This document shows, piece by piece, positions 41,903-57,809 of a DNA stretch of 64,000 nt (positions are counted from its first letter, which is position 1; every line of letters starts with the position of its first letter). The notes below the pieces were generated by a model. That model was given only the letters and a program-made list of their open reading frames with translations. It was not told where the DNA came from and searched no databases. This stretch comes from Octopus vulgaris (lineage: Eukaryota). Location of the stretch: contig OX597824.1 in assembly GCA_951406725.2 (NCBI GenBank), forward strand, positions 23,684,001-23,748,000. The letters run 5' to 3'. A program made the position numbers and the translations under genes.

Positions 41903-42201
41903 TTATTATCATCATCATCATCATCCTCATCATCATCCTCATCATCTTCATTATCATCATCCTCATCATCATTATCATCATCATTATTATTATTACGGCG
42001 GAGAGCTGGCAGGATCGTTAGCATGACGAGCAGACAGCTTCGCGGCATTTCGTCTGTTCTTACGTTCTGGGTTCAAATTCCATCGTGGCCGACTACGTCT
42101 TTCATCCTTTTGGGGTCGATAAAATGATTACGAGTCAAGCACTGGAGTCGATGTTGGCCTCCTCCTGCAAAATTTTAACCCTAGTGCCCATTGTAGAAAG
42201 G

Positions 42202-42257
<56 letters not shown>

Positions 42258-42899
42258 CATCATTATTATCATTATTTTTGTTGCTAGTGTTGTTGTTGTT
42301 GTTGTTGTTGTTGGGTGGTGGTGTTGTGATTCACAATCGATATGAACTCAAATTTTGCAATTTACTATATTGCACTTACTCAATTAATCAGCTCGGCGCT
42401 TATTTTCTCAAACAACCCTATGACGTAATCAATGAGGAATATGTAAACAAAGTAATATTATTGTTATTGCCTGTTATTGTTTGTTTTGGGTTAAAAACCA
42501 AGCTAATGAGAGCAGCATGTGACAGGTACCATGTTGTCAGAGAAATGGCTGAAAGAAAAGCTACTAGTCACAATGGACTTCATAATAATCACGCGTTCTA
42601 ATTAGCTGGGGTGGGGTTTTTTTCTGTTTTTTTTTTTGTTTTTTTTTATTAAATCACGTGATCTCATTAGTTTAAGATTTTAATCACGTGGTCTCAATAA
42701 ATCATGTGATTTTTATTAGTATGGATTTTAACCCAATGGTGTCCGTCTGCCGTTCATCGTTATGAGTATTGATTTTGTTTGGGGGACAAAGGGAAGCAGT
42801 GAGATAAAACGTACGATATTTCGATCTCTGTTAATCGCTTTCTCAGAGGTTGAGTTCAATGAAATAATGGTAAGTTCAAACCCAGGCATAGTGCATAGA

Positions 42900-42935
<36 letters not shown>

Positions 42936-42938
42936 ATA

Positions 42939-42969
<31 letters not shown>

Positions 42970-42978
42970 GTATGTTTG

Positions 42979-43015
<37 letters not shown>

Positions 43016-43018
43016 TTG

Positions 43019-43072
<54 letters not shown>

Positions 43073-43341
43073 TATATACACACATATATATATATATATA
43101 AACATAAACATATATATATATATGTATATGTTTATGTTTCTGCGTGTTTGTATATGTGTGTATGTGTGTATATATATATGTGTATGTATATATATATATA
43201 TATATATACATAGAGAGAGAGAGAGAGAATATATATGCGTATGTATATATGTTTGTGTGTGTGTGTGTATAGATATGCATACATATGTGTATATATACAC
43301 ATATATCTGTGTATATGTATATGTATGTATATATATGTATA

Positions 43342-43432
<91 letters not shown>

Positions 43433-43769
43433 ATATACACCTGCGGTGCCCTCCCCGCACTCGACTACGAACAGAAGCGTTTCCCGCCAAAATTGTGAAG
43501 ACTTCCTACTTAAAGATATCACAAGTGCTTAGGTTAAATGTTAAGAGTTAAGTAAAGTTTTCCAGCACCAGTTATGTCCCCTTTCTATGGACACAGATCA
43601 ACATTGAGAACAATAATTCAACTATTTCCTCTTCGTACCACAATCCTATATTTTATGAATAAGAAAAGCCCTGGCTTTGATGAGCTAAACTGTCTGACAA
43701 AACGCCTTGCTTTCCCCTAGGTTCTGAGTTCAAATCCTGTCGAGGTTGAAATAATATTTTTAATTATAT

Positions 43770-44154
43770 GTATATATGTTTGAGTATATGTGTGTTTATT
43801 TGAGCATGTGTGTGTGTGTGTTGTATGTTTGTGTGTAAGTTTTTTCTGCATGTGTGTTTGTGTATGTGTGTTTGCGTGTGAGTAATGTTTGAGGATGTGG
43901 GCTTGTGTTTGTGGGTTTGTGTGTGAGCGTTTTGCGCATGTGTGTTTGTGTATCTGTGTTTGTGTGTGTGTATTTGTGCGCGTGTCTTTGACTATGTGTG
44001 TTTGTGTGTTTATGTTTGTGTGTGTGTGATTACGTATGTATGTGTTTGTGAATGCGAGTGTGTGTTTGTGTGTGAGTGTGAAGATGGATGTTTGTGTATG
44101 TGTGCGTTTGAGTGTGTTTGTGTGTGTTTGTGTATGTGTCCTTCTGAATGTGTT

Positions 44155-44208
<54 letters not shown>

Positions 44209-44215
44209 TATGTGC
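43770..44215. repeat. Degenerate (TG)n field
   Basis: Directly visible. Confidence 0.85.
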
Positions 44216-44623
44216 ATCGGACAAAAAGCTTAACGGTATTTCTTCAGCTTATTACTTCCTGAGATAAAAAAAAAAAAATCTCGGACTTTGAATATTTCGG
44301 GATCGATCAAATAAATACCAGTCAAGCACTGGGTTCGATGTTACTTACCCAACAAACCTCAAATTGCTGGCCTCGTGCCAGAATTCGAAAACATTATTAA
44401 TAATCATGTGCTATGTAGGTCATTATATAAAATAGTTACAATGTAGTGTACAATAACACCAAACATGAACCGATTGAAATGATCATATGATATGCGTGAG
44501 TATTTCTGGTTGCTGTTGTTGTTGTTGTTGTTGTTGCTTCCACTGCAGTGTTGTTGTTGTTGTTGTTGTTGTTGTGTTATTATTATTGTCAGAACGGATG
44601 TGAAGGCGGCGAGCTAACTGGGT

Positions 44624-45045
44624 CGTTAACACGTCGGGCAAAATGCGGCGAGCTGGCAGAAACGTTAGCACGCCGGACGAAGTGCTTAGCGGTATTTCGT
44701 CTGCGTTACGTTGTGAGTTCAAATTCCGCCGAGGTCGACTTTGCCTTTCATCCTTTCGGGGTCGATAAATTAAGTACCAGTTACGCACTGGGGTCGATGT
44801 AATCGACTTAATACCTATATCTGTCCTTGTTTGTCCCCTCTGTGTTTAGCCCCTTGTGGGTAGTAAAGAAATAGGTATTTTCTCAGTCTTTACGTTATGA
44901 GTTCGAATTCCGCCAAGGTCGGCTTTCCGTTTCATTCTTTCGCTATCGATAAAATAAGTATCAGTTGAACACTGACTGGAGTCGATGTAATAGATCCACC
45001 CTCTCTCCCGAAATTGCTGGCCTTGTACTAAAATTTGAAACTAAT
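44624..45045 (+). mobile_element. SINE family A dimer with duplicated head
   Basis: Short head fragment, full unit, junction TAAAGAAATAGGTATTT, then a second unit. Confidence 0.8.
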
Positions 45046-45199
45046 ATCAAATGGGAAGAGCATCCATTCTTTGTAAAAAAATATAAACTTATTAATCGTC
45101 ATCAATAAATTATTAAACGACGAACTGGCAGAATCTTTAGCCACTTATTAGTACTGCACCAGGGCATTTATCATCATCATCATCATCATCATCATCATT

Positions 45200-45626
45200 A
45201 CTCTTACTCTTTACTCTTTTACTTGTTTCAGTCATTTGACTGCGGCCATGCTGGAGCACCGCCTTTTAGTCGAGAAAATCGACCCTAGGACTTATTCTTT
45301 GTAAACCTAGTACTTATTTCATCGATCTCGTTTGCCGAACCGCTAAGTTACGGGGACGTACACACACCAGCATCGGTTGTCAAGCGATGTTGGTCGGGGG
45401 GACAAACACAGACACACAGACATATACACACACATGCACACGTATATATATATGCATATATACGACGGGCTTCTTTCAGTTTCCGTCTACCAAATCCACT
45501 CACAAGGCTTTGGTCGGCCCGAGGCTATAGTAGAAGACACTTGCCCAAGGTGCCATGCAGTGGGACTGAACCCGGAACCATGTGGTTGGTAAGCAAGCTA
45601 CTTACCACATAGCCACTCCTGCGCCT
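45200..45626 (-). mobile_element. SINE family B, full length
   Basis: Reverse complement of the family B sequence. Confidence 0.88.
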
Positions 45627-45635
45627 ATTGGCGAG

Positions 45636-45695
<60 letters not shown>

Positions 45696-45974
45696 GAGGC
45701 TGTGAGCTGGCAGAAACGTTAGCACGCCGGGCAAAATGCTTAGTGTAATTTCGTTTGCCGGTACGTTCTGAGTTCAAATTGCGCCTAAGTCTACTTCGAC
45801 TTTCATCATTTTGAGGTGGATAAAATAAGTACCAGATGTACACTGGGGTCGATGTAATCGACTTAAGCCCTTCCCTAATAATGGCGACCCTTGGTGGCAA
45901 AATTTGAAACCCTTATTATTATTGTTGTTGTTGTTGTTGTTGTTGTTGTTATTATTATTGTTATAATTATTATT

Positions 45975-46020
<46 letters not shown>

Positions 46021-46021
46021 A

Positions 46022-46102
<81 letters not shown>

Positions 46103-46667
46103 GATTTGTTCAGCCATAGTTCAGTCCTGGTTTAGTAACTGTATGATGAACGGGTTGGAAGCCATAACTACATCTTATTTTCAGGAAAAGTTTTTCCTTC
46201 TATTTCTTTTTCCAGATAGTTCGGAAGATCTAATGTAAATTCAGTTAATATTTCTGGCGGAGCTACTGCTGCTGCTGCTATTGTTCCCGTTATTGAAAAA
46301 TGATAATGTGGTGTTGTTATTGGACACCAGCTTGGAGTCATGAGACCAACTCGAAGTTCCGTCTCCGTGTTAGAATATGTGTCGACCAACAACATTGTGC
46401 GGTCAGACCAAGTAGCAGCCGGAAGCTTGAAGAATTATCTGCGAAAGCAGGCGTGCAGCAGAATGAAAAAGAAAATCGCATCCTGAATGAAGTTGTATTT
46501 GCATACGGATATATATATATACATTTAAACAAACACAACTACAAACCTCTCATTTTCTTCCCATCTCTCTCCCCCCTCTCTCTCCCCCTCTCTCTTTCAC
46601 ACACTGTCTCGCGCGGGATCCCTCTCGTCCTTTCGCTTTCTCACACTCACATACAAGAATACGCACG

Positions 46668-46747
<80 letters not shown>

Positions 46748-46902
46748 TACACACACACACATACACCACAAAACCCTTTCCCGCCGCGTTGGTCTGTTGG
46801 GACAGTTAACTACTTCTATCTGGAATGTTTCAAATTTTCATATTCCGCCAAATGATAATAATACTAATACTAATAATAATAATAATAATAATGATAATAA
46901 TG

Positions 46903-46984
<82 letters not shown>

Positions 46985-47002
46985 TAATAATAATAATAAT
47001 AA

Positions 47003-47497
47003 GTTATCATGTACATTGTTTTGTCTTGGTATAAAAGATGGGCTACAGCAAATATTCTGCTCAATACCACAGATTTGCTTGTCAGTTGTTTGACCTTAAC
47101 CAGTTGAGCATGTCCCTTAGTGGCTGACGATATGTGCATCTCTGATCACGAGCAGAAGTAGTGGGGGAGCATCATAGCCATGTGTTGAGAGGGATTCTTT
47201 GGGGTTTGAATAGTTCGCCTCTGGAAACATGGGTGGTTCTTTCAACATCCTTAAACAACCCTTATTCAGAGACCGTTTGAGCGGGATGGGCTACTCAACC
47301 TGAAGAAAATTCTAACTGGGCCCCACCTGCAAGGTCATGTGCTGTTTATCTTGATATGAGATCACCATGTCGCGCACATATGGTTGTGATGCATGTGCCT
47401 GGTGTACCTTTATCAGACGGGTAGTCATGATGGGTATATTGGGCTTCGTATATTTTACCCCAGTGTCACCTTGATGGCATGAACTGCTCTCTCACTC
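47003..47497 (+). mobile_element. About 500-bp element in (AAT)n, copy 1
   Basis: Homologous to 47656-48134; runs directly into (AAT)n at both ends. Confidence 0.75.
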
Positions 47498-47553
<56 letters not shown>

Positions 47554-47579
47554 TGATAATAATAATAATGATAATAATG

Positions 47580-47655
<76 letters not shown>

Positions 47656-47657
<2 letters not shown>

Positions 47658-48134
47658 GCCCTGATGCAATACCAGACAGTGGCTCTCAGGGCTTCTGATC
47701 TTAACTGATTGGAAGTGTTATCATGTACAATGTTTTGTCTTGGTATAAAAGATGGGCCGCAGCTAATATTTTGCTCAATACCAAAGATTTGCTTGTCAAT
47801 TGTTTGACCTTAACCAGTTGACCATGTCCCTTAGTGGCTGATATGTGCATCTCTGATCATGAGCAGAAGTAGTGGGGGAGCATCATAGCCATGTGTTGAG
47901 AGGAATTCTTTGGGGATTGAATAATTCAACCCTGGAAACATGGGTGTTTCGTTCAACATCCTTAAACAACCCTTATTCAGGGACATTTTGAGCGGGATGG
48001 GTTACTCGACCAGAAGAAAATTCTAACTGGGCCCACATCTGCAAGGTCATGTACTGTTTATCTTGATATGAGATCACCATGTCGCGCACATATGGTTGTG
48101 ATGCATGTGCCTAGTGTACCCTTATCAGACGGGT
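47656..48134 (+). mobile_element. About 500-bp element in (AAT)n, copy 2
   Basis: About 60 bp longer at the 5' end and shorter at the 3' end than copy 1, with scattered substitutions. Confidence 0.75.
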
Positions 48135-48927
48135 AATAATAGTTGTAGTGCCCTTTTCTCCTTGTCTCGAATGTCTCTCTGTTTATATGCGTGAGCTTCA
48201 CGTTATGTTTGTATGTGTAATATTTGCCCCCACTTTCGCTTTCTCTCACCCACTCACTCTGTCTCTCACTCACATATTCACTCACTCACTCACTCTTTTT
48301 CTCTGTTTGAATCTATCTATATGTGCATATTTCTATGCACACATCTGTGTGGCGTGTGTTTGTCTGTTTGCCTCCAGTGCCAAAAAGTACTGTCGCTAAA
48401 AAAGTCTGAATGTCCAGTCAGTCGAACCGGATCGTCACTGTCCAAAACGCTGCAACCCTGATTTTCGAAGTTTTATTGATGAAGCGGCAAAAATTTATAC
48501 AGATTAGATGCAGTCCCGCATGCGAAACCATCCACAACAAAGATGATCCTGGTTAACGCAATAAATACGGAAACATAATTGGCCCTTTCAAGTTCAAAAC
48601 TGCGCTATTGTCACTAGAATAACACTGTGTAGTGATGCGCGCAACACTAATTTTTCCCGCCAACAGCAGAATGCATGCAAAAAAATTCATAGGTCATTGC
48701 GGATAATTACTGAGTCACGAGTTCACCATGAAACAGAAAGGGAAGGACCCATGGTAAATATATTAACCATTTCTGTATAATTGGTGTCATGCACCAAAGC
48801 GATTATTAGGAAATAACGTCCAATGATGCACGCTCGACGCTTAATAATATTTTCCGCTATCTGTGAACAAATTTTAAGTGCATTGTGGCTAATTAATAAT
48901 TTATATCCGTATATATACATATATATA

Positions 48928-48977
<50 letters not shown>

Positions 48978-49026
48978 TGTATGTATACACACACATACAC
49001 ATATATGTATATATATATATATATAT

Positions 49027-49069
<43 letters not shown>

Positions 49070-49582
49070 TGTATACAAGCACACTCATACATACATAACC
49101 ACAAAACACATATATGTAACTGTGTATCCTGTGTATGTGTATGAGCAAGTATGAGTTAGTGTGTGTAAGCGAAGGATGATACTAAAACACGTGCTTTTCC
49201 AAGGAACGCTCTCGCGTTGTAAAATGGAATAAAACATAGAAATACACAGTCATCACACACACACACACACACACACACTCTCTCTCTCTCCCTCTTTCAA
49301 TCTCTGTCTCTTTCCCTCACTCTCAATCCCTTCTCTCTTTCTCTCACACACACATGCATATACAATAATTTCCATGAATCGGATTGTTATATTGTTTCTT
49401 ATACTGTTTGCTTCAAAACTTCTTATCAAACACGAGTCGGTCCTTTGCTGTTGGAGTCGGAGAAACCCCGTCTTACAAACGGTGATGTCTTGCGCATTTT
49501 AAACGTGTGGAAGGCAAACAACCCTCTTCTAGTTTAAGTAGGGCAATTTTCCTCAAGAGAGAGAGAGAGAGAGAGAGGAGAA

Positions 49583-49746
49583 GCACAGGAGTGGCTGTGT
49601 GGTAAGTAGCTTGCTAACCAACCACATGGTTCCGGGTTCAGTCCCACTGCGTGGCATCTTGGGCAAGTGTCTTCTGCTATAGCACCGGGCCGACCAATGC
49701 CTTGTGAGTGGATTTGGTAGACGGAAACTGAAAGAAGCCTGTCGTA

Positions 49747-49817
<71 letters not shown>

Positions 49818-50025
49818 GTGTGTGTGTATATGTTTGTGTGTCTGTGGCAACCGATGCTGGTGTGTTTACGTCCCCCGTCACTTAGCGGTTCGGCAAAAGA
49901 GTCCGATAGAATAAGTACTGGGCTTACAAATAATAAGTCCCGGGGTCGATTTGCTCGACTAAAGGCGGTGCTCCAGCATGGCCGCAGTCAAATGACTGAA
50001 ACAAGTAAAAGAGTAAAAAGAGTAA
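49583..50025 (+). mobile_element. SINE family B with expanded internal (TA)n
   Basis: Matches 26109-26512. Confidence 0.88.
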
Positions 50026-50459
50026 AAAAAGAGAGAGGAGAAGGATACGAGTGGGTGCTGAAAAGTGTCTGACTTTAAGGGTTTCGGCAAAGGGCTGGCT
50101 AGAGTTTTTCTTCGTATTCATTGCTCCTTCCCAGGACTTCTGAAACACAGTTACCCTGGTTTTATTACAGATACAAATAATGCACTGGCAAGTTGGCAGA
50201 ACAGCTAATACGCCGAACTAAAATGTTTAGCGGCATTTCGTCCGCTCTTCCGTTCTCAGTTCAAATTCCTCCGGCAAAATAGCTGGTCGTCTGCCAAAAT
50301 GTAGAACCAATATTCACTTTCGAATATTGTATTTTCAAATTTATTAAGGCGTCAAGCCGGCAGGATCATTAGCACACCGGGTATTCGTCCGTTTTTACGC
50401 TCCGAGTTCAAATTCCGCCGAGGCTGACTGTGCCTTTCATCCTTTCGGGAGACGATAAA

Positions 50460-50843
50460 ATGGAAGCACTCCGTCGGTTACGACGATGAGGGTTCCGGTT
50501 GATCCGAATCAACGGAACAGCCTGCTCGTGAAATTAACGTGTAAGTGGCTGAGCACTCCACAGACACGTGTACCCTTAACGTAGTTCTCGGGGATATTCA
50601 GCATGACACAGAGAGTGACAAGGCCGGCCCTTTGAAATACAGGTACAACAGAAACAGGAAGTAAGAGTGAGAGAAAGTTGTGGTGAAAGAGTACAGCAGG
50701 GATCACCACCATCCCCTGCCGAAGCCTCTTGGAGCTTTAGGTGTTTTCGCTCAATAAACACTCACAACGCCCGATCTGGGAATCGAAACCACGATCCTAT
50801 GACCGCGAGTCCGCTGCCCTAACCACTGCGCCATTGCGCCTCC
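50460..50843 (-). mobile_element. SINE family C nested in a SINE A copy (about 50347-50935)
   Basis: AGACGATAAAA is duplicated on both sides; SINE A resumes at ATAAGTACCA. Confidence 0.85.
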
Positions 50844-51273
50844 ACAAAGACGATAAAATAAGTACCAATCGAACATTGTGATTGACTTATCCTCCACCCA
50901 GCCCGAAATTGCTGGCTTTGTGCAAGAGTTTGAAATCAACATAGACAAATTTAAATTTGAAACCGGAAAGGAACTGAGAAATCTCCTTCTGTGGTGTTTG
51001 AAACCGCATGCTAATTTTTCCTGTCATATTTTTTGAACGCTGAAGTACTCACGATGACAAAATTCCATCTAAGACTATTTTAAGTATTTCGTGTCGATTA
51101 TCGACTATCGACTTAGTATTTTATCGTTTCATATTTCGGGTCAACAGCACTAACAAGATTCTGGGCTGAAGAGATGAAATTGAAATCCGGCATTTGCAGA
51201 AGCAGGATTCTATTTATATTTCATATATTTTCAAATATACATACTTACATATATATATAACAAAACTTTGGGC

Positions 51274-51357
<84 letters not shown>

Positions 51358-51364
51358 CATATAA

Positions 51365-51560
51365 ATATATATAAAGGGTAACTAAAATGGGCCCGGTTGG
51401 CGGTCCAAACTCCCGAGTTCTTTTACGGGAATTAGAAAAAGGGAAAGGACAGCTGCAATAAGTGTGTGAATCTGAGAGATGCTGAAGGAACCCATAATCA
51501 ACTGATCCTCCTGTATTTTCTTTTACCCAAAGCCAGGAACTTTTTAGCACCCCTTGTGTA
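51365..51560 (-). mobile_element. Mariner-like DNA transposon end fragment
   Basis: Minus strand TACACAAGGGGTGCTAAAAAGTTCCTGGCTTTGGG; related pieces at about 16690-16775 and 50046-50100. Confidence 0.5.
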
Positions 51561-51984
51561 TGTACACGTGTGTGTAAGTACGTAGATACATGCACAGATG
51601 AAATTCCATATTCATAGGCATAAATTTATATATATGTATAAATACAAAATATTACATTATATAATTAGGGCTTAGTAAAATAAATTACTTTGCCACATAC
51701 TGAACTATATATATATAATTATATAATGTAATATTTTGAATTCGCCTTAAATGGTCCTTTTACATACTGAACACTTGGTGAAATTGATTAATAAATTTTA
51801 CCCTCAATTGTTGATATATGTATAAATATATATATATATAATTAATAATATCAGGATAATAAAGATTTTAGAAATGTTTACTACCATTGACCTAGTGTAT
51901 AGAAAAATTTGTCAATAGACTATATATTATTCATATAAAATACTCTTAATGTGTTTAAATGTACACTGTATTTTATATACATAT

Positions 51985-52036
<52 letters not shown>

Positions 52037-52734
52037 GTGTGTGTATGTATATATACATCCTTTCATGTATGCATACATACATATACATACATATTTGTAT
52101 TTATGTGCATGTGTGTATTTGTGTGTGCGTGTGTGTGTGTGTATGCGTGTGCGTGCGTGCGTGCATGTGTGTGTGTGTGTGTGCGTGTGTGTGTGTGCGT
52201 GTTAATGTGTGGTTTCGTCTCCCGGCAAAGAGGCATTTTTATTTGATATAATTGTAAACAATACATTTCGAGAGCGACTTTCCGAAAGTCCTTAAAAAAC
52301 ACAAGAGAAACGGGGATAGGGGGAAGAGGAAAGACAGATGTTCAGCATAAGGAGAGAACTGATATTAAAAAAAGACAGAAGGTCAGAAACGAAGGAGGGG
52401 GAGTGAGACAGAGGTAATAGGGAGAGGGATTATTATTTGTTTCTATTCATGAACCCGGATAGATGGATACGATTTGTCCAATCGGCGTATTCGGATTTAA
52501 GCGTTTGCAATATGGCTAACAAGCTAGCTTCACCAATAACATTTTCGCGGGTTCCGGATTCCATTCCACTTCACAATACCATGGACAAGAGCCTCCCTCC
52601 TATAACACCGCAACAAATCGTGCCACGTGAGTAGGATAACTCGTTAGCTGGATTTTCCCAGCTTTTGTGTGATGGACTCGATATAAGTATAACCGTCATG
52701 TCTTTCGGGTGCCAGAGTAACTGGATACCTGGAT

Positions 52735-53520
52735 AAGGCGGTGAGCTGGCAGAAACGTTAGAACGCCGGGCGAAATGCTTAGCAGTATTTCGTCTGCCGT
52801 TACGTACTGAGTTCAAATTCCGCCGAGGTCAACTTAGCCTTTCATGCTTTCGGGGTCGATTAAATAAGTACAGTTACGCACTGGGGTCGATATGATCGAC
52901 TTAATCTCTTTCTCTGTCCTTGTTCGTCCTCTCTGTGTTTAGCCCCTTGTGGGTAGTAAAGAAATAGGTATTTCGTCTGCCGCTACGTTCTGAGTTCAAA
53001 TTCCGCCGAGGTCAACTTTGCCTTTCATCCTTTCAGGGTCGATAAATTAAGTACCAGTTATGCATTGTGGTCGATGTAATCGACTTGATGCGTTTATCTG
53101 TCCTTGTTTCTCATCTCTGTGTTTAGCCCCTTGTGGACAATAAAGAAATAGGTATTTCGTCTGCCGCTACGTTCTGAGTTCAAAATCCGCCGAGGTCGAC
53201 TTTGCTGTTCATCCTTTCGGGGTCGATTAAATAAGTGCCAGTTATGCACTGTGATCGATATAATTGACTTAATCCGTTTGTCTGTCCTTGTTTGTCCTCT
53301 CTGTGTTTAGCCCCTTGTGGGTAGTAAAGAAATAGGGATTTCGCAAGTCGCTACGTTCAGAATTCAAATTTCGCCGTGGTCGACTTTGCCTTTCACCCTT
53401 TCGGGGTCGATTAGATAAGTACCAGTTACACACTGGGGTCGATGTAATCGACTTAATCCCTTTGTTTGTCCTTGTTTGCCTCTTCTGTGTTTAGCCTCTT
53501 GTGCGCAATAAAGAAATAAG
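52735..53520 (+). repeat. SINE A head plus four diverged tandem units of about 184 bp
   Basis: Each unit ends in TAAAGAAATA and the next restarts at GGTATTTCGTCTGCC (GGGATTTCG for the last). Confidence 0.9.
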
Positions 53521-53710
53521 AGTACATGGATACCTTTCGAAGATTGCGTTCTGCTGCAAGAATTCGGAGCAGGACACTGATCTGCGGAGAGCTAAGGATT
53601 ATATTTCCTTCTATTCTTATCTCACCTGTCTTAGAGGGCTCTGCAAGAAGGTCAAGGACACTGCTCTTTCATATTTTAGATTCTATAAAATACATACATT
53701 ATATTCATGC

Positions 53711-53753
<43 letters not shown>

Positions 53754-53787
53754 CATATATATATATATATATCATACATATATATAC

Positions 53788-53902
<115 letters not shown>

Positions 53903-53938
53903 CATACAAACATACACACTCACATACACGTATACATA

Positions 53939-53970
<32 letters not shown>

Positions 53971-54352
53971 CATACACACTCACAAGTACATATATATAAA
54001 CTTCAAATTGAGAGATTGGGACAGGTAAAATCCAGCCTACATATGTTTCGTAGCTAGCAGATCCTCTGTTGTAATAATTACTAAACGAAGGGTTCTCACT
54101 CAGCTACTCATAAGGCCGAAGTTATAGTAATTATATGTAGGTGACATGGTCGTTAAGGGATCCCAAGTTAACTCGTCGATGATATAGTTTTAAACCTTTT
54201 TCAGCTTAGCGAACTTTGATATGGGGAAATCCTACAACCTTCGACTGCAATAAATTATTATTTTTCCTGAACATTTTTATTATATCGACCACGGACTGCT
54301 CGGATCTTACAAGCCTCCTAAATTTAGATCTTTGAATCTTATCATTAAGCAT

Positions 54353-54418
<66 letters not shown>

Positions 54419-54448
54419 ACACAGATACATATATGATATATACATATA

Positions 54449-54486
<38 letters not shown>

Positions 54487-54510
54487 GTGTGTGCGTGTGT
54501 ATGTAGATAT

Positions 54511-54567
<57 letters not shown>

Positions 54568-54569
<2 letters not shown>

Positions 54570-54957
54570 TCTCTATATATATAGCTGAAGTTGTCTGTGT
54601 ATGGCAGGTTTGGTAGACTTCAACTAATACTATCTCCTCCGAGACCCTGCGGCGGAAGTTGACCAAAATTGAGAGTGATAGAAGAAGGCTTGCTCTTCCT
54701 TCCATAGAAGAAAAAATTCAAATCGGACCATGTTAACACCAAAAATTATTTACATCAAAAAGGTGCTGTTTTTCTATGAAAATCCCTATTGTTAACGATT
54801 TTTTGACTGCTGTGTCGCCATTTTTAGGTGTATTTCAACCAGAAACATATTCTCTTAAAGAGAATAACAAGCTACATAATGCAAAATTTTTACTTTTCAA
54901 AAATTCCAATTCTAAAGGGTCGAAACAAACCCGAGTAACGCCTGGCAATACTGCTAA
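54568..54957 (+). mobile_element. Non-autonomous Helitron
   Basis: 5' TC..TATATATAGCTGAAGTTG and 3' CCCGAGTAACGCCTGGCAATACTGCTAA, similar to the ends of 637-938. Confidence 0.7.
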
Positions 54958-54983
54958 TTTATATATATATATATATATATATA

Positions 54984-55920
<937 letters not shown>

Positions 55921-56112
55921 TATAAGATCATGTGCAATTCAAATTGCATGATCTATAACAAGCGTTTACAACGTTTACATTTTTGATATCAAAAGAGAAA
56001 GCTCTAAAGAGCATTCGTTTATAATAAGCCATAATTAACAATATATCTCATTCCTCCTTCATACACACACACACATATATATATAAACATATATATATGC
56101 AAATATACATAC

Positions 56113-56172
<60 letters not shown>

Positions 56173-57317
56173 CTATATATATACATATACATATGTATAT
56201 ATATATATATCTATGTATGTATATGTATATACATATATATGCATAAATACATATGTATGCATGTGTGTATGTTTGTATATTAGTACCTCTGTAATTATAC
56301 ACACTTATATTTATATGTAAATATAAAAGAAATGTCTCAAGCTAGCATTCTTTGTATCGGAATTACCGCTGAGACAGTCCCCTTGGGGCCTGAAAATATT
56401 TCCAATATTATCGAATAGAAAATAAGACCACACCGTCTCCCCCCCACCAGGTTGCACCCACCTCCACACAGCATAAACCACCACCCCCGGCACATTTACC
56501 TCCACCACACAACCCGCTCTCACTACCACCACCACCACCACCACCACCACCACCACCACCACCACCACCACCACCACCACTACCACCACCACCACTACCA
56601 CCACATTACTGACCAGTAGCTTCACTGAAATTGGTATCAACAAGGTTCCTCGCCGCAGCAACGAATCGATTAAAGCAATGCCAATTAAGAGAATATGTTC
56701 CGAGAAAAACGGAAATCATCTTGGAATTGGAAGAATCATTGAGAATATTCTCGAAAGAATTGAGCCATTAACGAGAATTCGATATAATTCCACAAGTCGT
56801 CTTGTATCTTGCTTAAGATATCGGTCATTGGGAAACATGACAGCGGAATTAATGCAAATTGGATTAATATAGTGTACACAATATAGGAAATAAGTATTTC
56901 TTAGGTTATAAGAAGACAACAGAATTTAGGTTAGGTTTGTATAGAGTCGATTTCGTTATTGCACTTTTATTGCTCGCTTTCACTATAAGCCTAATATATT
57001 CGTTCACTCTAGCCGTGGTATTAATTATATCGGCGCCCCAATGATGCAGAAGACGAACTTGATATGAATGGGATTTGAAACGATGTGGGGGGAAAGAAAA
57101 AATAATGACAAAATTAGCATCTGTCAGCGTCTGTATGTATGTGCTGCAAAGGGATTCGACAAAAGAGAGGTCGAAATGGTTATGATTATTCACTGACGCT
57201 GTACCGCAAAAGGGGCCATATTTGTTGCCTTTACTGCTAATCCCGACTTTGTCCTACTGTCTTAAACAAAGGCGGACGAAGCAATGTAATCATTGATGTA
57301 TCCCCTCCGTTATTGTC

Positions 57318-57466
57318 TGCGTACGTGCATGTGTGTGCGTACGTGCATGTGTGTGCGTACGTGCATGTGTGTGCGTACGTGCATGTGTGTGCGTACGTGC
57401 ATGTGTGCGCGTACGTGCATGTGTGTGCGTACGTGCATGTGTGTGCGTACGTGCATGTGTGTGCGT
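57318..57466. repeat. 18-bp minisatellite (TGCGTACGTGCATGTGTG), about 8 copies
   Basis: Directly visible. Confidence 0.9.
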
Positions 57467-57489
57467 GTGGGTATGTGTAAAGTAGTAGA

Positions 57490-57809
57490 CCTGGCTGTGT
57501 GGTTAGGAGCTTGCTTCTCAACAACATGGTTCCGGGTTCAGTCCAACTGTGTGGCAACTTGGGTGTCGCCGTAAGCCTCGGATCGATCAAAACCTTGTGA
57601 GTGAAACCGTATCTGAGTCTCTCTGTTTGTGATTGTCACTCGCTACCACATAACAACCGGTGTTGGTGTGTTTACGTCCTCGTAACTTAACGATTTAGCA
57701 AAATGGAATCGATAGAAGATTTTTAACTTAAAAAACTCAGTATTGGAACTGATTCATTCGAGTAAAAATGCTCCAGCATGGCCGCATTTCAATGCCTGAA
57801 AGAAGTAAA

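Noticed and set aside
55924-55957. Small hairpin AGATCATGTGCAATT-CA-AATTGCATGATCT
   Set aside because: Short, imperfect and single-copy; no function can be inferred.
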